Below, piece after piece: positions 38,055 through 46,109 of a DNA stretch of 64,000 nucleotides. The notes under the pieces were generated by a model. It saw only the letters and a program-made list of their open reading frames with translations, did no database searches and was not told the DNA's origin. Numbering within the stretch: the first letter of the stretch is position 1; every line of letters starts with the position of its first letter. The position numbers and the translations under genes are program-made. Source of the DNA: a virus (taxonomy: Duplodnaviria; Caudoviricetes); IMG/VR virus record IMGVR_UViG_3300010429_000387, positions 96,001-160,000 of that record; one strand, written 5' to 3'.

Positions 38055-38264
38055 TGGACCCGCCCTCCGAGTGTTACCGGGTAGTTACGAGCCTAGGAGG
38101 GGTACCCGGTTTTCGGCTAGACGGGTACCTCAACTTCAGGTCAGTAGCCTGAGGTTGCCCATGGTTTCAGGCACTTATCTGCCATTTCAAGGCGGAAACT
38201 AACTTTTTTCACCTCGGCACCAGGACCCCCCTCGATTACCCCTGGTTCTGGTGTACCTCGGGGC

Positions 38265-38669
38265 ATGGGCATCCTCACCACCGTAGCTGAAGCGCTCCAC
38301 TTGCTTGGGAAGGCCATTGACCCCCAAGCCATCACGAAGGTCCACTTTGACTTCGACCACTCCCCATCAGACCTGCCCGGTCAGGTGATCTGGAAGTTCA
38401 AGGCTACCCTACTAGGCTCCAAGGAGATTGGAGATGAGGGTGCTGAGATAGCCTTCAAGCAGGAGTGGGTGGGGGAGGGCACTACGGAAGAGGAAGCTCT
38501 CTCGGTGGCTCACAAGATCATCGTGGAACACCTTCAGTCCTTCTTGCAGCTACGGCAAGAAGAGGCTAAGTACGCAGAACAAGCGATGATGACGGCTTGC
38601 TCCCAGCAACCAGACCTAGCTTCGATGTGGCCCGCTGCTGACCCAGTGGACCAGGGGGCGTGTGGGTAA
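38265..38669 (+). CDS. Hypothetical protein
   Basis: 134-aa ORF with codon usage typical of this genome. Confidence 0.65.
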   Translation: MGILTTVAEALHLLGKAIDPQAITKVHFDFDHSPSDLPGQVIWKFKATLLGSKEIGDEGAEIAFKQEWVGEGTTEEEALSVAHKIIVEHLQSFLQLRQEEAKYAEQAMMTACSQQPDLASMWPAADPVDQGACG

Positions 38670-38788
38670 TAGGTACCTACAGTCTCAATTTCACCTAGCC
38701 AACGTTGACCCGTCGGTGTAAAGCTGAGAGCCTACAAGCACACCAGAGTGCCCTCGGTAAGACCTCTCAGAGATCGGAAGGAACCCAA

Positions 38789-39139
38789 ATGACCAAGACA
38801 CAGTTGATCAATGCCGTTGCAGATGAGATGGAAGGGACCACCAAGACTCACGTCCGTGCATTCCTTGCTGCCCTGAACACGGTGGCAGGAAAGACCCTCA
38901 AGAAGGAGGGCAAGTTCGTCCTGCCCGGAGTCGTGAAGTTCGTCCTGGTGAAGGTTGCGGCAAAGCCGGAGCGCAAGGCCAGGAATCCTGCAACGGGAGC
39001 CATCATGACGGTTCCGCCGAAGGCCGCCAGCAAGAAGCTCAAGGCCCGTTTCCTCAAGGCCATCAAGGTCGAGGTGGGTCAGCTCCCCCCTTCGCAGCCC
39101 AAGGCCAAGAAGGCTCCTGCCAAGAAGGCCGCCAAGTAA
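38789..39139 (+). CDS. HU/IHF-family DNA-binding protein
   Basis: MTKTQLINAVA, LPGVVKF, RKARNPATG; Lys/Ala-rich tail. Confidence 0.9.
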   Translation: MTKTQLINAVADEMEGTTKTHVRAFLAALNTVAGKTLKKEGKFVLPGVVKFVLVKVAAKPERKARNPATGAIMTVPPKAASKKLKARFLKAIKVEVGQLPPSQPKAKKAPAKKAAK

Positions 39140-39159
39140 AGGGCGGTTTCTCCGAGAGG

Positions 39160-39192
39160 TACCGTGGGTTGAGAAACCCTCAACCCACGGTA
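39160..39192. terminator. Perfect 14-bp hairpin after HU; possible terminator
   Basis: TACCGTGGGTTGAG-AAACC-CTCAACCCACGGTA; weak U-tract. Confidence 0.5.
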
Positions 39193-39281
39193 GTCCTTCT
39201 CAAGTTTTCAAGTATGTAGGTCGGTGTAGTCACTAAAGTCCTTGTCTATAGGCCCCCTATGAAGCCAGGAGGCCAAACAAG

Positions 39282-40601
39282 ATGACAACCGATCAGATCA
39301 GATTCACACCAGGCAAGCCCGACCGTTACATCTCCACCAAGTCGTTCCAGCTCGGAAATACCGGGCAGAGTGTGTTGGACGGGATGGAGATCATGTTCGA
39401 TGGAACCAACGTCGAACTGAACGGCAGTAAGTTCGTTCTCCCCACCCTTCGTGGTGCAATCAAGCTCGGGTGGCTTGTGAGGGAGGACTGCTACAACCCG
39501 GATGACGCCCCCCCAGCGGCAATCTCCGCTAACATCGGGGTCAGGTCTGCCAACGACCTTGGGCAGAATCCTCTCAGCCCTGCCAAGAGGAGTGCCATCG
39601 TTACCGTCGAGTCTGACGAGCGAGTGGTCATGTCCCGTGGGCAGAGGACTCAGCAGGCGAACCAGCAGACCCAGAACGTCCGAGCCAGCCAGGGTCGAGC
39701 GGGTGCCTTCGTGGCCCGTGGGAACGCTCCTGACGTGGGTGGGGCTGAGTTCGGAGTGGAGGTTCAGAGGACCTTCCAGACCCCTGCCAAGATGGGTATG
39801 GAACTGACCCCCAACAACGTGGGGAGCGCCATTCGTCAGGCAGACCAGGTGAAGATTCAACCAGGTCAGGGGGTGACTGAAGAGGACCTTGTCTCTCAGA
39901 TGGACGAGGGGCAGAGGGCTCAATACTTCGCTGAGAAGGAAGCCCGCAAGGCCGATGTGCTGACTCGGACCCCTGGGTATGTCCCCCCTCCAGCGGTCAC
40001 CACTAACCTGGCCTCTTACAACCAGCCAGGGATGAAGCGCCAAGAGGCCCCTGCAAAGGCCCCAGCTCGCTCTGTGACGGCCTCTGCCCCGGTTCAGGTG
40101 GGTCGAGTGGCTCCAACCCAATCTCGAACCGTGGAGGGCATCTCTGTGGGCGTGACCACAGGTGGTGGCACCGAGGTGTTCGATGCCTCAGGGACCGATC
40201 AGAAGGCCCAGGAGACCCTGGTGACGGCAGAGGGCATCACGTTCCGGAACACCAACGGACCCAAGAAGGCGTTCCCAGGGGTGGTTCCGATGAACCCAGC
40301 TCCGGCCCCTGCTCCCGTCCAGGAGATTTCTGCCTCTCAGCTCCCCACCGGATACCAGGAAGACACCCAGTCTCGTATCGAGCGGGATGGGACAGCCGAT
40401 GCTCGAAAGAGCATTGCCAAGGCCATCTGCAAGGACTTCCCCGAGGAGTACAACTTCTCGGACCACTGGAAGCGTCGTCTTGCTATGGTCCGCCTCAACT
40501 TCGAGGGCCGGACTGACGTGATTCGGGCCATCTTCGCCGCTGAGTCTGATGACTTCAAGAGGGTCATCATGGAAGAGTTCCCCGAGGCGTTCCAATCCTG
40601 A
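39282..40601 (+). CDS. Hypothetical protein
   Basis: GGAGG RBS; 439 aa. Confidence 0.8.
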   Translation: MTTDQIRFTPGKPDRYISTKSFQLGNTGQSVLDGMEIMFDGTNVELNGSKFVLPTLRGAIKLGWLVREDCYNPDDAPPAAISANIGVRSANDLGQNPLSPAKRSAIVTVESDERVVMSRGQRTQQANQQTQNVRASQGRAGAFVARGNAPDVGGAEFGVEVQRTFQTPAKMGMELTPNNVGSAIRQADQVKIQPGQGVTEEDLVSQMDEGQRAQYFAEKEARKADVLTRTPGYVPPPAVTTNLASYNQPGMKRQEAPAKAPARSVTASAPVQVGRVAPTQSRTVEGISVGVTTGGGTEVFDASGTDQKAQETLVTAEGITFRNTNGPKKAFPGVVPMNPAPAPAPVQEISASQLPTGYQEDTQSRIERDGTADARKSIAKAICKDFPEEYNFSDHWKRRLAMVRLNFEGRTDVIRAIFAAESDDFKRVIMEEFPEAFQS

Positions 40602-40651
40602 TCAGCCTACGCTAGTCCTCTTGTAGCTCGCTCGTTTCGACGAGGAGCTGC

Positions 40652-41605
40652 ATGAAGCCTGAATCCAAGACCAGCACGACCCCCGAGTTCCCCGAGGCCA
40701 CTTCGAGGGACCTCGTCACTGCCGCTGTTGCAAAAGAGGCGGGTATCACAGTCTACCTCATGGAGGAGCTGACTGATGCCCGCCTTCGTTGCGAACAGCT
40801 CAAGAAGTTCGTTGCTCAGGCAGTCAGGCTCGTAGCCCAGTCCAGCCACCGAGACCACTTCTACGAGGTGGCTGGGGATGTCATCTATGGGCTTCCAGAC
40901 TCCTTGTTCAAGCTGGACAAGGCCCTGGCAGCTACCGCTTTGGCGGCCTCTCGGTTGGATTACGAGGAGCTGAAGAGTCAGCTCAAACCAGAGAAAGTCA
41001 CGGAGTTGGAGGACGTTCTGAGGAACGTTCGACTCCGGCAGATTGACCGTAGGGCTCCATTCATTCAGCCCATACCTGAAACTTCAGCAGTTCCTACCAA
41101 TCAACCCCAAGGAAAGACCGCCATGTATAAGGCTGCCTCCACGAACCACATTGCAAGTGCCCTTCGGCGCATTGCCTCTGACGTAGAGGCTGCCCGTATC
41201 TCCCCCAAGGAAGCCTCTCTCCGACTCAATCGGATCAAGATGGCCCTCTCCCAGACGGCTCAGGAAGCTGTTGAAGCCATGGGGAATCTTCAGGCCAACA
41301 GCCGGGAAGAGGTCATGAAGGGGTTCAAGTCGGCCAATCCTGACCTCACTGACGATCAGCTCGAAGAGATCGCTGACCAGTGGGAGAAGAACAAGGATGT
41401 GGTCAAGGACAAGTCCGCTGCGGAAGGTGACATCCCTGAGGGTGTCAAGTTGGTACCACTTCGCATTCCAGTCGAAGGGGACTTGGACTCAAGCGACAAG
41501 ACCAAGCTGCTTACAGCGATCCTGGAGTGTGTCACTGGGTTCAAGTCCCGACTGACAGGCCCCTCGAAGAAGGTGATTGAGCAAGTTTACCTGGGAGACT
41601 TCTGA
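40652..41605 (+). CDS. Hypothetical modular head-region protein
   Basis: GAGGAG RBS; modules separated by KTA/KAAS/KSAA; possible internal start at 41123. Confidence 0.75.
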   Translation: MKPESKTSTTPEFPEATSRDLVTAAVAKEAGITVYLMEELTDARLRCEQLKKFVAQAVRLVAQSSHRDHFYEVAGDVIYGLPDSLFKLDKALAATALAASRLDYEELKSQLKPEKVTELEDVLRNVRLRQIDRRAPFIQPIPETSAVPTNQPQGKTAMYKAASTNHIASALRRIASDVEAARISPKEASLRLNRIKMALSQTAQEAVEAMGNLQANSREEVMKGFKSANPDLTDDQLEEIADQWEKNKDVVKDKSAAEGDIPEGVKLVPLRIPVEGDLDSSDKTKLLTAILECVTGFKSRLTGPSKKVIEQVYLGDF

Positions 41606-41608
41606 GCC

Positions 41609-42631
41609 ATGCGAGACCCCTGGAAAGTATCGTCCGAAGACGACAAGCAGTCCCGGTTCGAGGAGGGCAAGCCTGCTGACCCCACCAAGAACATGAGCCC
41701 CGAAGACGCCAAGGAGTGGAAGGCTCAGAACGACAAGAACAAGGACAACTTCAAGTCCGCTGCCTCCGCCTCTGAGCTGAAAGAGATGCAGGAGCTTCTG
41801 AAGGAGAAGGGGTACGACCCCAAGGATGCCAAGAAGCTCCAAGGCGAGGGGATGGGTACTCATGAGCTGGAGCGTCGTCTGAAGGAGAAGGGGGGTCTTG
41901 AAAGGACCCACGGCCTCAAGAAGAAGACGGCTGCCTCTGAGGATGACAGGATCAACCGCTTAGTTCAGTCCATCGAGGGTGATCTGGAGCAGTTCAAGTC
42001 TGCCTGGAAGAAGTACCAGGGCGACCCTGGGAAGTACAAGCCCCAGCTCGAAAACGCCAAGCGGGACCTGACTGCTATCGGTACCGCTACCCGTACTGCC
42101 ATCCGAACCCTTGAGGGTCTGAGCAAGACAGCCTCCCTTCGCAACTTTGTTCGTTTGGCGAACATGAAGTTTGCCACCATCAGCGACCAGGACACACTCG
42201 AAGGTCTCCTTGAGATGGAGATCGAGTCGATGGACGGGGACCGGTCTGAGGCCAGCCTGAACTCTGAGATCAAGAGTGCGGCCAAAGCCTATGACTCAGC
42301 CGTTGAGAAGTCTCTCAAGGAATGGGCCACCAAGAACCTCGACAAGTTCGACCTGGAAGACGGACCTCTGAAGGGGTCCAAGGATGCTGATGATGTGGTG
42401 GGTGTCCTGATGGACCTCCGTGGTGGGGCAGGATACCTCTACTTCATGGAAGCCGAGGGTCATGGTGTTGGTACTTGGGACGGGGATTGGGATCCCTGCT
42501 TCAAGGAGACCAAGACCATCGAGGAGTTGTCCAAGTGGATGAAGGGCAAGACCAAGGGCCAGTACCAGAAGCTCAAGAGCGCTCTGGAGGAACGGGCGAT
42601 GGAGCTTGTTCCGGAGCCTGACGAGGAATGA
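41609..42631 (+). CDS. Hypothetical modular head-region protein
   Basis: Modules separated by KSAAS, KTAAS and KTAS; last module contains GHGVGTWDGDW. Confidence 0.75.
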   Translation: MRDPWKVSSEDDKQSRFEEGKPADPTKNMSPEDAKEWKAQNDKNKDNFKSAASASELKEMQELLKEKGYDPKDAKKLQGEGMGTHELERRLKEKGGLERTHGLKKKTAASEDDRINRLVQSIEGDLEQFKSAWKKYQGDPGKYKPQLENAKRDLTAIGTATRTAIRTLEGLSKTASLRNFVRLANMKFATISDQDTLEGLLEMEIESMDGDRSEASLNSEIKSAAKAYDSAVEKSLKEWATKNLDKFDLEDGPLKGSKDADDVVGVLMDLRGGAGYLYFMEAEGHGVGTWDGDWDPCFKETKTIEELSKWMKGKTKGQYQKLKSALEERAMELVPEPDEE

Positions 42632-43512
42632 ACCAACCTCTCGTCAGCCGACCCCCCTACGGATCTCCCGTTTCCCAGTCGGGTCTCCCTCAAGGGGACC
42701 CTGCTGGGAAGGGTGTGTCGTTGGACCCGTCCATTCCAGGGGTCTCCACCTACGTCAAGCCCTCTGGGGAGGCCCCCAGGGAGCCCAGCGTGGAAGACTC
42801 CTCCATGTACCGGGTGGATAACGCCGACAACCTCCTAAAGGACCAGGGGCGGCAAGACGAGATAGACCACTCCCAGGCCAAGCCAACCTACCAACGCCCA
42901 GGGGAGCAGAACAGCAGCCCCAAGACCAAGTACCCCTATCGGGATGGGGTACCCAACCGACACAACGCAGCCCTCATCGAGCGTGTAGCTCGGAGGGCTG
43001 CTGATGAGGTCATCGTCCAGAACGTGGTCAACCTCTGGCTGCTCAAGACAGCCCATGAGGTGACCATCCCACTGGAGGGGCAGGTCAAGGTAGCAGTCAA
43101 GCTCTCTGAGGTGGAGTCCGGGCTCAACCCAAAAGTGTTGGAGAGAGCCCAGAAGTGCTCCGTTGGACTCAAGAGGGCTGATACAGGAAACCTCAGGTGG
43201 ATCTTTACTGTTGACGCCGGGAACGGTCCAAAGTTGGTTCGCCTGAAGGCTACCCGCAAGGGGAACACCACAGCCCTCGCCAAGATGGACGTGGCCTTCT
43301 CTTGCTCTTGTAAGGCTTGGAGGTGGCTTGGTTCCGAGTACCATGCCAAGGGGGAAAAGTATCTCGATGGGAAGCCCACCGGGACTGCTTCGACCCCTGA
43401 CATCAAGGACCCGGAGAGGATCAATCGGGTCTGTAAGCACGTTGCCGCTGTGATCAACCAAGTTCGGGGCTGGACAGTCCCGGTCAAGAAGAAGAAGGCG
43501 GCTCCCAAATGA
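42628..43512 (+). CDS. SWIM-type zinc finger protein
   Basis: FSCSC...VCKHVAAV. Confidence 0.7.
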   Translation: MNQPLVSRPPYGSPVSQSGLPQGDPAGKGVSLDPSIPGVSTYVKPSGEAPREPSVEDSSMYRVDNADNLLKDQGRQDEIDHSQAKPTYQRPGEQNSSPKTKYPYRDGVPNRHNAALIERVARRAADEVIVQNVVNLWLLKTAHEVTIPLEGQVKVAVKLSEVESGLNPKVLERAQKCSVGLKRADTGNLRWIFTVDAGNGPKLVRLKATRKGNTTALAKMDVAFSCSCKAWRWLGSEYHAKGEKYLDGKPTGTASTPDIKDPERINRVCKHVAAVINQVRGWTVPVKKKKAAPK

Positions 43513-43540
43513 AGATGAAGATGACAGAGGAGGCTGCTAG

Positions 43541-43954
43541 ATGCCCACATATCAGATCGAATGCCATGAATGCGGAACGACCAGAGACCAACGCCTCACC
43601 TTCTCCGAGTACGACAAGGTGAAGTCTGGTGAAAAGGCCATCCAGTGTAGCAACTGTGGCCTTCCTGCACAGATCGGCTTCTCTCCTGGAACCCTTGGAT
43701 TCGTCCTCAAAGAGGGTGAGTCTGGTGGGTGGGCCTCTAAGTCAATCAAAGAGAATGCCTACCGCAAGAAGAGGCGTCAAGAGATGGCCCGTAGGGAGAA
43801 GGATCACGTATTCAAGGCAAGCCTCCAACCCAACTATGACGGCACAGAAACCGGCACCTGGAGGGAGGCCCAGGAGCTAGCTCGTAAAGAGAAGGGCGAT
43901 GGTTCTGCGCAAACCTATGATCCTCTTGTCAAGAAGGAGCAGGTGGCATCATGA
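43541..43954 (+). CDS. FmdB-like zinc ribbon protein
   Basis: MPTYQIECHECG...CSNCG. Confidence 0.7.
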   Translation: MPTYQIECHECGTTRDQRLTFSEYDKVKSGEKAIQCSNCGLPAQIGFSPGTLGFVLKEGESGGWASKSIKENAYRKKRRQEMARREKDHVFKASLQPNYDGTETGTWREAQELARKEKGDGSAQTYDPLVKKEQVAS

Positions 43955-44595
43955 ACACTCGTCTTTTTTCAGTCCTCCGACGCAAGCCCAGTCTTCTGGA
44001 CTTCAGCATCCCACCCAGGCCACTCTCTGAGGGGGTTGCAGGGTATCGGTTCAAGACGGACACAGATCCGGGAGGTACTTTTGCCACTGTGGCGTTCACC
44101 TCTCCGATCTATGGCTTCGTGGACCCAGAGGTAGCGGGTCCTCAGAACGTGATCCAGCCGGGAAACAACATCCGAGTCATCATCGACCCCTCGAAGCATG
44201 GGATTGATGACAACTACGCCTTCTGGGTGAAGCTGGTTTTCGTGGATGGGGCTGATGCTGAGATGACCAACCCGGCCCCCAGTGCGGCCACCCTGGTGCT
44301 CCCACCTTTCGTGGGGAACGAGCAGTCTGGGTTCAACGGAACTGCCCCGAGTGCAGTTGACCTTGCCCACTCGTTGAGGATTGACCTCCCGAGGGCGATG
44401 GAGAACTTCCGAATCCGTAACCTGGATTCTGCAAGGGCTCTTCAGGTGGCCTACCAAGAAGGGGGTCCTGAGGTCACCATCCCCGCTGGGATTGAGAGTT
44501 CGGAGATTTACGGCCTGGTTTCATCTATCTGGGTCCGAGGAGTCGGAGGTACAGCAGCCTTTACGGCGCAATTTGTGTACGCCAACCCCCGCTGA
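43951..44595 (+). CDS. Hypothetical beta-rich protein, probably virion-associated
   Basis: ATGA overlap; composition and context. Confidence 0.65.
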   Translation: MNTRLFSVLRRKPSLLDFSIPPRPLSEGVAGYRFKTDTDPGGTFATVAFTSPIYGFVDPEVAGPQNVIQPGNNIRVIIDPSKHGIDDNYAFWVKLVFVDGADAEMTNPAPSAATLVLPPFVGNEQSGFNGTAPSAVDLAHSLRIDLPRAMENFRIRNLDSARALQVAYQEGGPEVTIPAGIESSEIYGLVSSIWVRGVGGTAAFTAQFVYANPR

Positions 44596-44631
44596 GCCTG
44601 TAGGTGACACCTCTAGCGGTGGGAGACGTGC

Positions 44632-44949
44632 GTGTACCTGATCAATTACCTGAACCTCCAAACCGCACTACAGCTATTTATAGCAGTAGGACGGTTTCGC
44701 ACGGGCCAAGGGTTGATTGGTACTCGGGACCACGTTAACCACGTATTCCGTATTTCAGGCGGGGAGAAGTTTACCCACAACCTCCCCTTCCTGACCATTT
44801 CCGTCTACGTCAACGGAGTTCGGTTGACGTTGCTTGACGATTACGTCATTTCGGAGAGTGGTGGTCCAGGAACCGGGTATGATACTGTCATACTGAGCCA
44901 GGCCCCCTACTCCAATGACCACGTAACCGCCGATTACGTGGTGACTTAG
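44632..44949 (+). CDS. Hypothetical virion protein
   Basis: VYVNGVRL..DDY...AP....VTADY is a short beta module common in phage structural proteins. Confidence 0.6.
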   Translation: MYLINYLNLQTALQLFIAVGRFRTGQGLIGTRDHVNHVFRISGGEKFTHNLPFLTISVYVNGVRLTLLDDYVISESGGPGTGYDTVILSQAPYSNDHVTADYVVT

Positions 44950-44962
44950 GAGTTGGGCCAGC

Positions 44963-45571
44963 ATGGGCGAGACTAAGATCAGATACGGAGTAGTCAGGGT
45001 TGCCGATAATACGGATGACCAGAAGACTGCCGTTGCGATCTTGAACGCCCTGGCCTCTTCGGTCAGCCAGGAGGACCTTCAGGAGTTCATTCTCAGTCAG
45101 ATCAAGAGGATCATCCACGGAGACAACCCAGGGACTTGGCGAGACCTGGTAGGCCCTCAGGGGGTTCCGAGCCTTGAGGACCTAGCTCATCGGAGTGGCT
45201 TCGAGGAGCCTGCAAACTGCCTGTCTAGTGATGCCATAGGTGATGTTGTCCACATTTCCGGGGACAGCGTATCGGGTCGGGTCCAGGTCACCAAGGTAGA
45301 CATCCTCGACTACTCCAAGATGCCAGGGGTGGGGGTGATTGTAAGTAAAGCCTCGGCCACGGACTGCATGATCCTTCGATACGGGATCCTGAATGTGGCT
45401 GGTCTTCTTCCTGGTAAGACGTACTTCGTGGGGGCTGATGGTAGACCCACGAACATCCCCCCGGTCGCACCTTCCGGTGGGAAAGCGTTTGTCCAGGTAG
45501 TAGGAGTGGCAATGGATTCATCCAGGCTGCTGCTCAATCCGTCGTTCAACCTGACAAGGGTGATCACATGA
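44963..45571 (+). CDS. Virion protein with a C-terminal cement-like domain
   Basis: IGDVVHI...GVGVIV...G...L.PGKTYFVG.DG..T..PP...VQVVGVA. Confidence 0.55.
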   Translation: MGETKIRYGVVRVADNTDDQKTAVAILNALASSVSQEDLQEFILSQIKRIIHGDNPGTWRDLVGPQGVPSLEDLAHRSGFEEPANCLSSDAIGDVVHISGDSVSGRVQVTKVDILDYSKMPGVGVIVSKASATDCMILRYGILNVAGLLPGKTYFVGADGRPTNIPPVAPSGGKAFVQVVGVAMDSSRLLLNPSFNLTRVIT

Positions 45572-46059
45572 ATACCAAATCCAAATCAAATCAGAGGAAA
45601 ACCAAGGCTACAGGCTGGGGCAAGGCGCCTGCCCAGAATCCTGAGCCGGACGAGGTTTCGGAAAGTGTTTCGGGGGAGTCTGAAGCCCAGGGCCAGCTCG
45701 AAGCTGAGAACCCCATCGAGGGGGTTCAGCGAGTTACCGAGTTGGAGGCGGCCAAGTTCTCAGCTCTGGATGCTGAACTGCGGAACACTCTTCAGGGGAT
45801 CCGTATTCTGGACCTGGAAACTGAGACTGCTGAAAACAACCTCCGGAATATCATCGCTAGACATCAGAGTGACCAGGCCCAGCGGCAGAGTCAGAAGAAA
45901 CTGCTGGAGGGAGTCGTGGTCACGAAGCGTGATGAATACACACGCTTCGTGAAGACTCTAGCTGATACCTACGGTCTTGACCCAGCAAAGATGTCTATCG
46001 ACCCGGAAACACGAACGCTTCGGGATCTACGTGGAGATGCAGGTACAGGCGCAGGATAA
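45568..46059 (+). CDS. Hypothetical coiled-coil protein
   Basis: ATGA overlap; heptad pattern. Confidence 0.65.
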   Translation: MNTKSKSNQRKTKATGWGKAPAQNPEPDEVSESVSGESEAQGQLEAENPIEGVQRVTELEAAKFSALDAELRNTLQGIRILDLETETAENNLRNIIARHQSDQAQRQSQKKLLEGVVVTKRDEYTRFVKTLADTYGLDPAKMSIDPETRTLRDLRGDAGTGAG

Positions 46060-46109
46060 CCCAAGCCCCATAACAGGGGTACGCTCACCGATCTTGAAAG
46101 GAACCAACA

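Noticed and set aside
44675-44683. TATTTATAG as another late-promoter copy (its reverse complement contains the T4 late box TATAAATA)
   Set aside because: It lies inside the 44632 ORF with no suitable downstream start and no credible minus-strand gene to drive.
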